From IMG/VR virus record IMGVR_UViG_3300024239_000017: 64,000 nucleotides of DNA; one strand, written 5' to 3'. The notes beneath the pieces were generated by a model. The model saw nothing but the letters and a program-made list of their open reading frames with translations, made no database searches and was not told where the DNA came from. Below are positions 1 through 9,439 of the stretch, one piece after another. A program made the translations under genes and the position numbers. Position 1 is the stretch's first letter. Each line of letters opens with the position of its first letter. Source of the DNA: a virus.

Positions 1-156
1 ACGATCCAAATCTATTTTTAAACTATACCATCCTAAAAAAGTTTCATAGTCATATTGAGTATTATAATCCAAATAAATATCTTTTTCACTTAACTCGCTG
101 GCTTCTGTACTTACTACTACTGTTACTTCCCAAAGTTTTTTTAAGTCTATTAACAT
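1..156 (-). CDS. hypothetical protein, partial (runs off left edge)
   Basis: ATG at 156 overlaps the stop of the upstream gene; open frame MLIDLKKLWEVTVVVS... to position 1; not in ORF track. Confidence 0.6.
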   Translation of the reverse strand, partial: MLIDLKKLWEVTVVVSTEASELSEKDIYLDYNTQYDYETFLGWYSLKIDLDR

Positions 157-482
157 ATTTCTAAATTTTCAATTATATATTTTTCTATTTTTTTAAACTC
201 TTTACCTTTCAACATTATTTCATCTCCATTAACATATTTATAAATTTTTATTACATCTACTTCTTTAGAAATAAGATTACAGTCATCTTCTTTAGGAGAA
301 TCAGATGTTTCTTTATGATACCATCTTTTATATTTAATATCTACGTGCATTTTTGACATATAATCTTTTCCACCTACATCAAACTCTAATTCAAATACTC
401 TTGCATCATTATAATACTCATATCCTGAATTTGGAAATTCCTCGTAATCGGGAAACTCTTCAAAATGTACTTTCAATCCCAT
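150..482 (-). CDS. hypothetical protein (110 aa)
   Basis: ORF directly downstream of repeated promoter. Confidence 0.75.
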   Translation of the reverse strand: MGLKVHFEEFPDYEEFPNSGYEYYNDARVFELEFDVGGKDYMSKMHVDIKYKRWYHKETSDSPKEDDCNLISKEVDVIKIYKYVNGDEIMLKGKEFKKIEKYIIENLEIC

Positions 483-501
483 ATTTTCTAATTTTATTTT
501 G

Positions 502-533
502 CAAACATACGAAAAATTTTTGACATATGCAAA
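502..533 (-). promoter_or_regulatory. Bacteroidota sigmaA-type promoter, class A copy 1
   Basis: minus strand TTTG-N20-TATGTTTG (-33 TTTG / -7 TAnnTTTG); 480-535 identical to 5108-5163. Confidence 0.85.
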
Positions 534-542
534 TATATTATG

Positions 543-1418
543 TTAAAATTCTTTTAATTGATTGAAAATAAAAGCAATAACGTCTACCGTCCAACCATTT
601 CCTAACATTTTATATCTCTGTGAGTTTGACACAATACTTGTGTAATTATCAGGAACTGTTTGCAATCTCTCACATTCTAACGGAGTAAGTCTTCTATAAG
701 AATTAGTTCCGTTTATTAATACTTTTGGATGCCTATTTCCGCCTTGCATTGTATCAAGAGTAGGGCTTTTACCGCTACTTGCATAAATCCTTTTTATAGA
801 ATCATTTCCGTTTATATCTAAAGCGTTTCCTATATGATGACAAATACTATTCTCATTAAACTCTTTTAATTCACATTCTCCATATTTAAAATCACCATCA
901 TCTTCTAAAATATCTTTTAATAATATGTTTTTATCTTCAATGGTAGTTGTAATAGGTATATTAGTCCAATATAATCTTTCCCTATTTTGTGCTGAAAATT
1001 TAGAAGAATTAATCAAAATTGGTTCTACACCTAAATATTCTGATATAACATCTATATATTCTTTTTTCATTCTAACATTTTCTAAAAGAAAATATTTTGG
1101 ATTTAAAGCATTTTTCAATTTTACAAATTCAAAAAATAACCTAGATCTTGGATCTTCAAAATTCAACTGTTTTCCTGCAAAGCTAAATCCTTGACAGGGA
1201 GATCCTCCTATGAGTAAATCTATAGTAGGTAATTCATTTATATTTATCTTTGTAATATCTCCTAACTGTATTGTATTTGGGTAATTATACTGTGTTACTT
1301 CTATTGCGTATTTATCTATTTCTGACGCATAGTAATTGTCATATGATATACCTGCTTTATTTAAAGCTATTTGCCCACAACTCATACCATCAAAGGCACT
1401 TAATACATTTTTAATCAT
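543..1418 (-). CDS. DNA (cytosine-5)-methyltransferase
   Basis: motif I FDGMSCG, catalytic GGSPCQGFS, ENV, QNRERLYW, C-terminal RLQT..GNGW. Confidence 0.93.
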   Translation of the reverse strand: MIKNVLSAFDGMSCGQIALNKAGISYDNYYASEIDKYAIEVTQYNYPNTIQLGDITKININELPTIDLLIGGSPCQGFSFAGKQLNFEDPRSRLFFEFVKLKNALNPKYFLLENVRMKKEYIDVISEYLGVEPILINSSKFSAQNRERLYWTNIPITTTIEDKNILLKDILEDDGDFKYGECELKEFNENSICHHIGNALDINGNDSIKRIYASSGKSPTLDTMQGGNRHPKVLINGTNSYRRLTPLECERLQTVPDNYTSIVSNSQRYKMLGNGWTVDVIAFIFNQLKEF

Positions 1419-1433
1419 ATTATTAATTAGTTA

Positions 1434-1928
1434 TTATATAAATTTATCATAAAACAATGTTTCGTGAGTAACTTTTTTTAAAAATGGTTTTAATTCTTTA
1501 TATCTTTCTACAGAAAGTTGAAAACATTTCATCTCTTTTCTATTTGAAAGGCTACTATCAAATCTATTATGTGCTTCTGCTGATAAATATATAATATTAA
1601 AATCATCTGTTGCCACTTCTGGACTTAAAGATTTAGAAAGTATATGACATACTTCATATATGTTACCTGTTAGTTTAACATTTGTTTCTGCACATCTCTT
1701 TCTCGAAGCGATTTTAATATGTTTCTTAAAAAAATCAGGATAATCTTTTCTAATCTCTGCCCTAATACTTCTAGTTCTCTTTGTCTTATCAGATATTTCA
1801 GATTTTTTATTAAACTGTGAAGCATGATAAGGACATACTCTTTTTCCAAAAAACTCACTGTCTTTGTTTTTTATAGTAGTCCTTATCTTCACCATTTTTT
1901 CACAGTCAGGTATCTCACATTTATACAT
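1434..1928 (-). CDS. Zn-finger plus HNH-like (NinG-like) nuclease
   Basis: N-terminal CxxxxC...CxxH; EVCHILSK and NIIYLSAEAHNRFD resemble a degenerate HNH core. Confidence 0.55.
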   Translation of the reverse strand: MYKCEIPDCEKMVKIRTTIKNKDSEFFGKRVCPYHASQFNKKSEISDKTKRTRSIRAEIRKDYPDFFKKHIKIASRKRCAETNVKLTGNIYEVCHILSKSLSPEVATDDFNIIYLSAEAHNRFDSSLSNRKEMKCFQLSVERYKELKPFLKKVTHETLFYDKFI

Positions 1929-2538
1929 GATTTAATAATAATTTATAATTATATTTTATAATATCTTGGTTTTTATCTATAAAATTACATATAGGACATT
2001 CTTCTGGAGTCCATTTAGTAGTATAAGCATTTGTAGGTTTAAAAAACAATGTTTTCATTTGATTTAAATACTTTTGTTCATACTCAAATTGCATTACGTA
2101 TGAGTATACTACTGCTTTAATCATATCTTCTGTGTAGGAATCTTTATAATAAAGAAACTCTGATATATAGAATAATAATTTTCCACCACCTGAAATATGT
2201 TTAAGTGCACCAATTTTTTTATACTGCTCGGTAACATACTCAAGTGTAAATTCCGCTAAAGGATGTATAGGTCTTTGGAACATATCTTTTATAATCTGTT
2301 CTCCTTTATCAGATAATCTTATTCTTTCCCAAGGTCTTGATTTTGCTCCTGTTTTTATATATTTAATGTAACCTGCTTCTTCTAGAATATCACATGGTAA
2401 TTTACCACTCTCGGTGGTATATTCAAATAAATAAGTTCTAATTATATCAGACACGTATTCATCTCCTGTGTTAAGTTTTAAGTATATTAATAGCCCTAAT
2501 GTTGATGGGTTTATTTTTTCTTTTTCTAATATATTCAT
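1921..2538 (-). CDS. hypothetical protein, possibly winged-helix replication accessory
   Basis: LEEAGYIKYI...RLSDKG wHTH-like segment; near helicase. Confidence 0.45.
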   Translation of the reverse strand: MNILEKEKINPSTLGLLIYLKLNTGDEYVSDIIRTYLFEYTTESGKLPCDILEEAGYIKYIKTGAKSRPWERIRLSDKGEQIIKDMFQRPIHPLAEFTLEYVTEQYKKIGALKHISGGGKLLFYISEFLYYKDSYTEDMIKAVVYSYVMQFEYEQKYLNQMKTLFFKPTNAYTTKWTPEECPICNFIDKNQDIIKYNYKLLLNHV

Positions 2539-2879
2539 TACAATTTTTTTACTGCTTTAACATATAAATTATTTGGATATTTATCAAATAAATAAAGTGT
2601 TACAGGGCATAACCAAACTACAAAATCTTCCATTTTTACAGAGTATGTTGCTCCTGATTCATCACTATATAACTTTTTTAAATGTAAATGCGTACTCTTT
2701 TTTTTATTAGAAAAATTAATAATTACTTCATTACTGTACTTAGATAATTTGTCTAATAATAAATCTGCTCCATCTATCATTTCTAAAGCTTCTATAGGCA
2801 TGTCATTATCTAACCATTCAGGCAGATCAATATACCATCTTCCTTCGTCTGTTTTATAAAATCTTTTTGTAAATTCCAT
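2538..2879 (-). CDS. DUF6717-like protein
   Basis: WYIDLPEW, LEMIDGADLLLD, WLCPV motifs. Confidence 0.6.
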   Translation of the reverse strand: MEFTKRFYKTDEGRWYIDLPEWLDNDMPIEALEMIDGADLLLDKLSKYSNEVIINFSNKKKSTHLHLKKLYSDESGATYSVKMEDFVVWLCPVTLYLFDKYPNNLYVKAVKKL

Positions 2880-3392
2880 TTATAATTTTAAACCTTTTTT
2901 CTTGTATTTTAATAACACCTCTGCGTTTCCTACAGCGTCATCTACAGGATTATGTGTATGTTCGGTATCTCGCATCCACTTCCATTTGAAATATAAGTTA
3001 TTTTCATAACCACAAATCAAATCTGTAATTCTTCTACTAGACCATCCAAATGGGTTTTTACCTAAATACTTTATAAAATACCAATTGATCCATGATGCAT
3101 CGAACCCATTGTTATCTGATATTAAAGTAGGCTTACCATTAATGTTTTCTTTCAACCATTTTTCAAATAGTTCCATTACTTCTTTAGGATCGTCAAAAGT
3201 TTCATGTTCTTCTCTAGAGAATCCTGAAACAGCTAGTGCTTCTGGATCATATTCACTAGATATAGGTCTAGTCTTACCATAAAACGTTCGTTTTAAACCA
3301 TCTTCTACTATGACTGCTCCAAAACATACCATACTATTTGTTCCTAGTAAATTTCCGTCTGCTTCTACGTCTACTACTACTAATTTTCCCAT
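2880..3392 (-). CDS. DEDDh 3'-5' exonuclease (Rv2179c-like)
   Basis: DVEADG, N.GFD, HNPVDDA motifs. Confidence 0.85.
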   Translation of the reverse strand: MGKLVVVDVEADGNLLGTNSMVCFGAVIVEDGLKRTFYGKTRPISSEYDPEALAVSGFSREEHETFDDPKEVMELFEKWLKENINGKPTLISDNNGFDASWINWYFIKYLGKNPFGWSSRRITDLICGYENNLYFKWKWMRDTEHTHNPVDDAVGNAEVLLKYKKKGLKL

Positions 3393-3395
3393 AAT

Positions 3396-4436
3396 TTAAA
3401 ATATTAATTTATCTTCTGTTGAATCTTTTTCCATTTCTGACATAGTATTTATGTCATCTTTTTCCTCCTCATTTAAATACTGACAGTATAATTTTGGAGT
3501 ACCATCGTCTAATCTTACTTTTAAAAAGTCAAAATAAACTCGGTTATTACCTTTCAATCTAACATAGTCTTTTGGAGAAGCTTTATCCTCGTCGACAATG
3601 TGTTCTTCTAAATGCTCATATCTCTTTCTATTAACTGTACAATATTTTTCCAAACCTGCTTTTTCGGGTATTACAGATGCAACTATAACGTCTGCATATT
3701 GTTGTAAAGCATCCGAACCATAAATATATTCCGATGTAACTCTAAGATTAATAGGGTTAATATCTCTGGTTCTCCATAATCTTTCTATATCTCTATTTAA
3801 TTGCCCTAAAACTATAAAAGTAAGTTTATTAGGGTAATCTAATTTAAGATTATTCATTACTTCCAATATTTCAAAAATAGCCTCTAATTTATTTGAACCT
3901 TTTGTAATACCTACGTGGTCTACGACAATAAATAACTGTTCTTTTTCTATATTTTCTTCTATATATTTTCTACATACATAATCAAATTCCGTAGGAGATA
4001 GTGATTTTTCTACTGTTACAAGTCTTTCATCTCTAAAACCATCTGCGACCTCTTTCATTACAGCTAACTGCTCTTTATTTGGATTAAGATTTAATATTTC
4101 CCTTAGAGGAATCATTAATCTTTTTCTTATTTGAGTTAATAGTAATGCAAAAGTCGGCATCTCCCAATTGAAATATAGTAAACCTATATCTCTTTTCTTA
4201 TCTGCTAATATATCCTCTTTTAATTGTGAGGCTATATATGTTTTTCCGTGAGACGGTCTGCCTAAAATAGCAAGAATAAGATTTGGCATTAATCCACCTA
4301 AACATACATCATCTAAAAATGGAAAAGAGGTTTTAACTAAAGTTATATCCTTTTTCTGAAATCTGTCTAGGGTTTTTATGGCGTCATTAATACCTTTATT
4401 TGTTTTTTTAAGTAATTTATCTAATTTATTCTCCAT
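3396..4436 (-). CDS. DnaB-like (SF4) replicative helicase
   Basis: Walker A GRPSHGKT, EM, VVDH, QLNR, GSDALQQYAD. Confidence 0.88.
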   Translation of the reverse strand: MENKLDKLLKKTNKGINDAIKTLDRFQKKDITLVKTSFPFLDDVCLGGLMPNLILAILGRPSHGKTYIASQLKEDILADKKRDIGLLYFNWEMPTFALLLTQIRKRLMIPLREILNLNPNKEQLAVMKEVADGFRDERLVTVEKSLSPTEFDYVCRKYIEENIEKEQLFIVVDHVGITKGSNKLEAIFEILEVMNNLKLDYPNKLTFIVLGQLNRDIERLWRTRDINPINLRVTSEYIYGSDALQQYADVIVASVIPEKAGLEKYCTVNRKRYEHLEEHIVDEDKASPKDYVRLKGNNRVYFDFLKVRLDDGTPKLYCQYLNEEEKDDINTMSEMEKDSTEDKLIF

Positions 4437-5110
4437 TATATATTATTTACAAAATCTCCCCATTGTTTAGCAAATGCTTTTGCCATTCCTTGAAAAGTTT
4501 TACTTCTCAATGTTTGTCTTTCTTCTTTTGTTTTAGCATTTTTTAAAGCATCTGCATACCATTTTGGATGTGATTTTCCTGATTCAAAAACAGTTCTCTC
4601 TCCTTTTCCAACTATATCTGTTGGAGTTAATAAAGGTAGATTTTTTAACCATAAACAAGTTGTTTTTGTTGCCTCGTCTCCAAACATATAAGGTTGTACA
4701 ATTTGATCAGGTTTTCTCCATCTACTACTTAATAATCCTACAGGATTTTCTATTGCAATATACTCAATATCAGCATTATACAAAGCTTTTACAAACTCTA
4801 CACTGTCCAACATATCTTGTCTTCTATTAGGATATTTTGGATGAGGTCTCCTTTCTTCAAAAGGAAGTTCTTTATCATCAGGATGTGATAACCATTGCGC
4901 TCCACTACCCGCTAGATAGGTGCAAGGCGGGTGAGCAATCATTAAATCCCATCCTTGATTTATTACTTCAAATACGTCACATTGAAAATGCCATTCAGGA
5001 TGTCCACCACTACAAGGTAATAAATCACATGAATAGGCTTCGTGTCCTAACTCTCTAAACGCTTTTGTTGTTGCTTGGCTTTCTTCACATGCCACTAATA
5101 TTCTTGCCAT
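4436..5110 (-). CDS. short phage C5-cytosine methyltransferase-like protein
   Basis: ILVACEESQ, SCDL, IAHPPCTYL, IENPVG, RSKTF.G.A.A motifs. Confidence 0.75.
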   Translation of the reverse strand: MARILVACEESQATTKAFRELGHEAYSCDLLPCSGGHPEWHFQCDVFEVINQGWDLMIAHPPCTYLAGSGAQWLSHPDDKELPFEERRPHPKYPNRRQDMLDSVEFVKALYNADIEYIAIENPVGLLSSRWRKPDQIVQPYMFGDEATKTTCLWLKNLPLLTPTDIVGKGERTVFESGKSHPKWYADALKNAKTKEERQTLRSKTFQGMAKAFAKQWGDFVNNI

Positions 5111-5129
5111 ATTTTCTAATTTTATTTTG

Positions 5130-5161
5130 CAAACATACGAAAAATTTTTGACATATGCAAA
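5130..5161 (-). promoter_or_regulatory. class A promoter copy 2
   Basis: TTTG-N20-TATGTTTG, identical to copy 1. Confidence 0.85.
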
Positions 5162-5162
5162 T

Positions 5163-5189
5163 AAAAAAGAGAGTTTTTACACTCTCTTT
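5163..5189 (-). terminator. intrinsic terminator
   Basis: AAAGAGAGT/ACTCTCTTT stem plus T-run, immediately upstream of promoter. Confidence 0.8.
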
Positions 5190-5191
5190 AA

Positions 5192-5296
5192 TTATTCTTG
5201 AATTTTTGATAAAAAAATTAGCTCTAATTCTGCCAAATTTTTTGGTAAAAATTTATCTATTTTTAATACGTCATATTCTGTTGATGATTCTACCAT
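5192..5296 (-). CDS. small hypothetical protein (34 aa)
   Basis: MVESSTEYDVLKIDKFLPKNLAELELIFLSKIQE; fills gap before terminator; not in ORF track. Confidence 0.4.
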   Translation of the reverse strand: MVESSTEYDVLKIDKFLPKNLAELELIFLSKIQE

Positions 5297-5372
5297 TAAG
5301 TTATTTTTTAATAGCTTCTTTAAACTTTTTTATATCAAAAGAACTATTGTCTACATTACTTAATGTATCTAC

Positions 5373-5639
5373 TCAACCTTCGTATTTCGAGTAAATTTTA
5401 TGGAAAATATACGGTTTGTAGGGATAAAATTCGCCATCAACCCCTTTTATAATATAATCTCCAATTAAGGCGGTCATATCTCCCTTTAATGTTGGGATTG
5501 TTAAACCTACTATATTATTGCCATCTGTTTTAAATGATACGTCACTTGTTTCAGTAATCCAATTTACTATTTTTATAATATTTGCGGGGATTAATTCTTC
5601 TGCTTCAACAACTACGGGTTTTTTAATATATTTATTCAT
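5373..5639 (-). CDS. conserved phage protein
   Basis: YIKKPVVVEA...GDYIIKGVDGEFYP.KP.IF, a widespread small phage family pattern. Confidence 0.7.
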   Translation of the reverse strand: MNKYIKKPVVVEAEELIPANIIKIVNWITETSDVSFKTDGNNIVGLTIPTLKGDMTALIGDYIIKGVDGEFYPYKPYIFHKIYSKYEG

Positions 5640-5640
5640 T

Positions 5641-5889
5641 TTATTTATTAAATGTTAATAACTTGACAACATTCATTTGGGCATTTAGAATTTCTCCTAT
5701 TGTATGATTAAATAATTGATGTCTTAATTCTAAAGGATTATAATCTTGTTCTCCCTCATAAAAAGATTGATTTACTAAATCTGCTAAATCTGCACATAAT
5801 TGTTTAGCTCTTGCAACCTTATCATCTCCTGATGGATTAAATGTTGCTCCTACTAATTTTTGACCAAAAGTCAATTTTTTGTTTTCCAT
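5641..5889 (-). CDS. small helical-hairpin protein, possibly Acb2/Tad1-like
   Basis: TFGQKLVG.TFNPSGDDKV..AK...A.L.D ... AQM.VVK pattern. Confidence 0.5.
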   Translation of the reverse strand: MENKKLTFGQKLVGATFNPSGDDKVARAKQLCADLADLVNQSFYEGEQDYNPLELRHQLFNHTIGEILNAQMNVVKLLTFNK

Positions 5890-5893
5890 ATTT

Positions 5894-6349
5894 TTATTTA
5901 TTTAAATTTTTAATTCTTTCCAAAACGTCATTACCTGTATGACCATCAAACTCAAACAAAGCTTTGTCTACTTCTGGAATTTTAAATAAATCCCAATCTT
6001 CTGCTTTGTAATGATTACTAATTAAACCTGTTGGAAGCATTGCAGAAACAATAAACCATCCTCCTCCGAAACATAACTCTCCATCTGAATGTCTCCAAGA
6101 TTTGTGCACATTGTATTTAGGTACATTAAACAGTGCTTGTCCAAAATCAGAACTAGTCTCTAAATTTTCAGCCCATTCATTAAACAAAGCCGCATTATAT
6201 ACTTTTCTAAATTCATATAGTTCGTTAAAGGTGTGATAACCGTCTGATAATTCTCCAATATCTACTACTTCGTCTTCACTTACTATTTGATCTTTTTTAA
6301 TAGAGGAATACTCTATAACATAATTTTCTTGTTTTTTAAATACTTTCAT
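5894..6349 (-). CDS. WDGH-type phage protein
   Basis: SDGYHTFNELY, KSWRHSDG, GWFIV, LPTG.IS.HY, FDGHT. Confidence 0.65.
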   Translation of the reverse strand: MKVFKKQENYVIEYSSIKKDQIVSEDEVVDIGELSDGYHTFNELYEFRKVYNAALFNEWAENLETSSDFGQALFNVPKYNVHKSWRHSDGELCFGGGWFIVSAMLPTGLISNHYKAEDWDLFKIPEVDKALFEFDGHTGNDVLERIKNLNK

Positions 6350-7059
6350 TATTTTTTATTTTTAATTATATCAAAATATCTGTCTTTTAACATTCTAACA
6401 TATAAATCATTGGGTACACCATAATTTCCTATTGCCCACATATCATTGAATTCAATAATTGTATAACTATCTGAATCATTGTAAAATCCTATATCCATTA
6501 CAAATGTTTCTGGAAAATTTTTAAAAGTAGAATCATCTAATTTATTAAAATTATTAACTGCTCCTATTAAATTTATATCCATTCTACCTGAATAATGTCT
6601 AATATCCACTATTTTATTTCTAAAGACATAGAATCTCCATTCAGAGTCTAAATTTATCACCTGTTGTATTATAATATCTAATTCTTTATCCAATGTATTC
6701 AACATTGATTTTGAGTAGTCATCTACTACAAATCCTGTAAAAGCTTTTATAGATTTTGGTTTAATAAATACAGGATATTCATACTTAAAATCTTTAAGCT
6801 TCATTTCTTCATAAGGTCTAAGATTATTTATAGGTAATCTTGGTTGTTCTATACCAACCCTATTAAATACCTCTGTCATAAATTCTACTGAACCTACAAA
6901 CAGGTTATTTTTTATAAGCGAGTCAAATTTTCCATTTTTAACTTCTTCAAAAGATACTAATATATAATCTAACCCTAAATCTATTGCGCCATACATTGCG
7001 CAAGCACAATCAAAATGATGTGGAATACCCTCATTATCCCTTTTTTGTATGTAAATCAT
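6349..7059 (-). CDS. ATP-grasp protein (R2K/DUF4343-like)
   Basis: VFIKP, K.FTG.V, SEWRFYV, MDIG, IEFND.WAIG.YG. Confidence 0.8.
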   Translation of the reverse strand: MIYIQKRDNEGIPHHFDCACAMYGAIDLGLDYILVSFEEVKNGKFDSLIKNNLFVGSVEFMTEVFNRVGIEQPRLPINNLRPYEEMKLKDFKYEYPVFIKPKSIKAFTGFVVDDYSKSMLNTLDKELDIIIQQVINLDSEWRFYVFRNKIVDIRHYSGRMDINLIGAVNNFNKLDDSTFKNFPETFVMDIGFYNDSDSYTIIEFNDMWAIGNYGVPNDLYVRMLKDRYFDIIKNKK

Positions 7060-7363
7060 TTCTCAATTTTACTTCTAAATCTGCTAATAAATTCCAAACT
7101 GCGGCACCTTCATGAGTCATATGTCCAAATTCAATCATATCTTCTACTACACCTTCTTCAGTCATATGTCTTAATGACGCTTCTTTATATCTAGTTTCTG
7201 CGTTTTTAAGCCTAGAAAAATTCTGCCAATCAGTATCAGTTTCGTGATATTTATTATGACCAGCCACACTGCATTCAATTACCGCTTTTAATGCTAATGG
7301 GAACTGTTTAAATAATACTGTATAGTAAGGTAACTTACCATTATCTCTTTTTACACCTTCCAT
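7034..7363 (-). CDS. dATP/dGTP diphosphohydrolase-domain protein (DUF5664-like)
   Basis: G.K.D.GK.PY, G..KY, W, A..RH, H..A..WN motifs. Confidence 0.7.
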   Translation of the reverse strand: MEGVKRDNGKLPYYTVLFKQFPLALKAVIECSVAGHNKYHETDTDWQNFSRLKNAETRYKEASLRHMTEEGVVEDMIEFGHMTHEGAAVWNLLADLEVKLRNDLHTKKG

Positions 7364-7365
7364 AT

Positions 7366-7611
7366 TTATTTTCCTCTCTCTAATAATTTTAATTTATAAT
7401 TTTCTAAAAATTCTAAGTACTCTTTCTCTTTATCTTGACTTGATTTGAGAAATATATTAATTTTTTCAGATATTTTTAATGGTGGTTTTCCATTTAATGT
7501 ATTAATTATCTTACTACCAAAACATACATCGCAAGGTACTTGTCTTGTATTTAAAGATGTATATTTTGGATCAATACCTGTTCCGTTACAAATAGGGCAT
7601 TTTTGAAACAT
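7366..7611 (-). CDS. DnaJ-type zinc-finger small protein
   Basis: CPICNGTG ... CDVCFGS. Confidence 0.65.
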   Translation of the reverse strand: MFQKCPICNGTGIDPKYTSLNTRQVPCDVCFGSKIINTLNGKPPLKISEKINIFLKSSQDKEKEYLEFLENYKLKLLERGK

Positions 7612-7614
7612 AAT

Positions 7615-7764
7615 TTAATTTTTTTTATTAAACAATCTTATAAAATTTCTTTTCTTAAGTCTTCTATCTGTGTTATACCATAATAATCCTTCCTCTAAAT
7701 CTACAGAAGGTTCAAAATGATATATTAATCCTAATATAATTATTAGTATAAAAAATGATGTCAT
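7615..7764 (-). CDS. small membrane protein (49 aa)
   Basis: ATGA overlap with upstream stop; MTSFFILIIILGLIYHFEP...; not in ORF track. Confidence 0.6.
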   Translation of the reverse strand: MTSFFILIIILGLIYHFEPSVDLEEGLLWYNTDRRLKKRNFIRLFNKKN

Positions 7765-9428
7765 ATTTCTAATATTAAAGGTTCATTTATAAATTCTTGA
7801 GTGTCTGTAAACCACACTCCTTCTTTAAAAGTATGCTTTTTACGTGCTGTATGTCCTACTACTTGAATATAATTATCTATTTTTGATTCTAATAAACTTT
7901 TAGGTCTAATCCAAAAAGGCGATTGCCAAAAATTTTCTCCATAAGAATCAGATCTATATTTATAGTTCATACCACCTATTGTGTTAAAATAACTATGTTG
8001 AAAACAAAAAGCGAATATTTCTCTTTTAAATAAATCATTTATACTTTCTTCTAAATTATCTAAATCAATATCATACAAATCACACCATGTTTTAGAAACC
8101 CCAGCATGTACAAATAAATAATTATCTATTACCTTACATGCTTTTAAATCTCCGTTTAAATACATTGGTTTAAGTATATCATTAATAGTATGATAAAAAG
8201 TATAATTAAACCCCGAACAGGCGCAATTGGAAGTTATATAGGATAAACAATTACCTGTTATAAATACTTTACCATTTCTTCTAGCAATAAATGTACCATT
8301 AGGTAGTGTAAAACAAAATACTTTTCCAGTATAATTAATAATAGATGAATATTTTTTAATATTAAATTCTACTGAATTTCTGTCTAATGCCACATTTAAA
8401 ACATAATGTCCTCTAGTTGTTTTTTTAATAAAACTCCTAATATTATTTAAGGTACATAATTCTTGAATAAATGTTAAGGCTTTATAATTACCATGGATGG
8501 TTGCACTTTGATTTTTAGTATAACCATCTGCTTTTATATATGTATTTAAAAATATATCAAATTGTCTTCTTGATAATTTTCTCAACCATTTTGGAAAATC
8601 ATATCTATCCCCTTGGATTAAGTTTTCTAATATACTACCTTGAGGTATATTAAATGTCACACTTTTCTTACAACTTTTTAATTTTACACCGCAGATTTGC
8701 GATATTTTCCTGTCCCTAATTTGTTTAGAAAATTTAACATTAAGTCTATTTAAAAGATTTTCAATAATTTCAATATTGTTTTCTTTACTTTGATGTATTG
8801 CATACGATGTTCCCCTAGTTCCTTTTCTAAGAGAACCATCACTTAATATCCATGCTACTAAATCTATCTCGTCATCTAGTATATCATATTCTTTATTTTT
8901 ATTATTTCCAGCTGTTGGAATTTTTAATGAAGACCTTGATTCTATGTTAAAATCTTTGGCTTTTTTGAAAATATACCCGTTATTTGTACCATTTTGTAAT
9001 TCTCCTAAAATTCTGTGTTCTGGTGTCATAAGCATACTAACATTATTAGACTCGAATAAATACATTTCTCCATCATAATCTTTAAAAATTATATTAGACG
9101 GATATTGATATTCAATATAACCAGTTATATTATTATATGTGGCTATTTTATTCGGATTATTATTATAATCTCGAATTGTTTTAAAACCGTCTTCAGTTAA
9201 TACTTCTGTATCTTCAGATAAACAATGGTTCCCAGCCAATAATATTACTTTATCTTTATTATCTTCATAAAACTTTTTAATATCTAAAAAATTACTTATT
9301 TGAATTTCATGTGGAATATCAAAACTATCAAAATAATCTCCTAAGAAGATATATAAATCTGCTTCTTCCTCTACTTGTTTTTTCCACAAATCTCTTCCAT
9401 GGACATCTGATATTACTACTATTTTCAT
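7761..9428 (-). CDS. calcineurin-like metallophosphoesterase interrupted by an intein
   Basis: SDVHG, LGDYFD, GNH, VHAG, VGHT motifs; about 230 aa after splicing. Confidence 0.9.
   Translation of the reverse strand: MKIVVISDVHGRDLWKKQVEEEADLYIFLGDYFDSFDIPHEIQISNFLDIKKFYEDNKDKVILLAGNHCLSEDTEVLTEDGFKTIRDYNNNPNKIATYNNITGYIEYQYPSNIIFKDYDGEMYLFESNNVSMLMTPEHRILGELQNGTNNGYIFKKAKDFNIESRSSLKIPTAGNNKNKEYDILDDEIDLVAWILSDGSLRKGTRGTSYAIHQSKENNIEIIENLLNRLNVKFSKQIRDRKISQICGVKLKSCKKSVTFNIPQGSILENLIQGDRYDFPKWLRKLSRRQFDIFLNTYIKADGYTKNQSATIHGNYKALTFIQELCTLNNIRSFIKKTTRGHYVLNVALDRNSVEFNIKKYSSIINYTGKVFCFTLPNGTFIARRNGKVFITGNCLSYITSNCACSGFNYTFYHTINDILKPMYLNGDLKACKVIDNYLFVHAGVSKTWCDLYDIDLDNLEESINDLFKREIFAFCFQHSYFNTIGGMNYKYRSDSYGENFWQSPFWIRPKSLLESKIDNYIQVVGHTARKKHTFKEGVWFTDTQEFINEPLILEI
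8250..9224 (-). mobile_element. intein (325 aa) with LAGLIDADG homing endonuclease
   Basis: block A CLSEDTEVLT, block B MTPEHRI, LAGLIDADG-like AWILSDGS and TYIKADGY, blocks F/G VFCFTLPNGTFIARRNGKVFITGN followed by +1 Cys. Confidence 0.92.
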
Positions 9429-9439
9429 AATTATATTTT

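Noticed and set aside
1670-1858. 62-aa minus-strand ORF
   Set aside because: Nested out of frame within 1434..1928 with no supporting signals.
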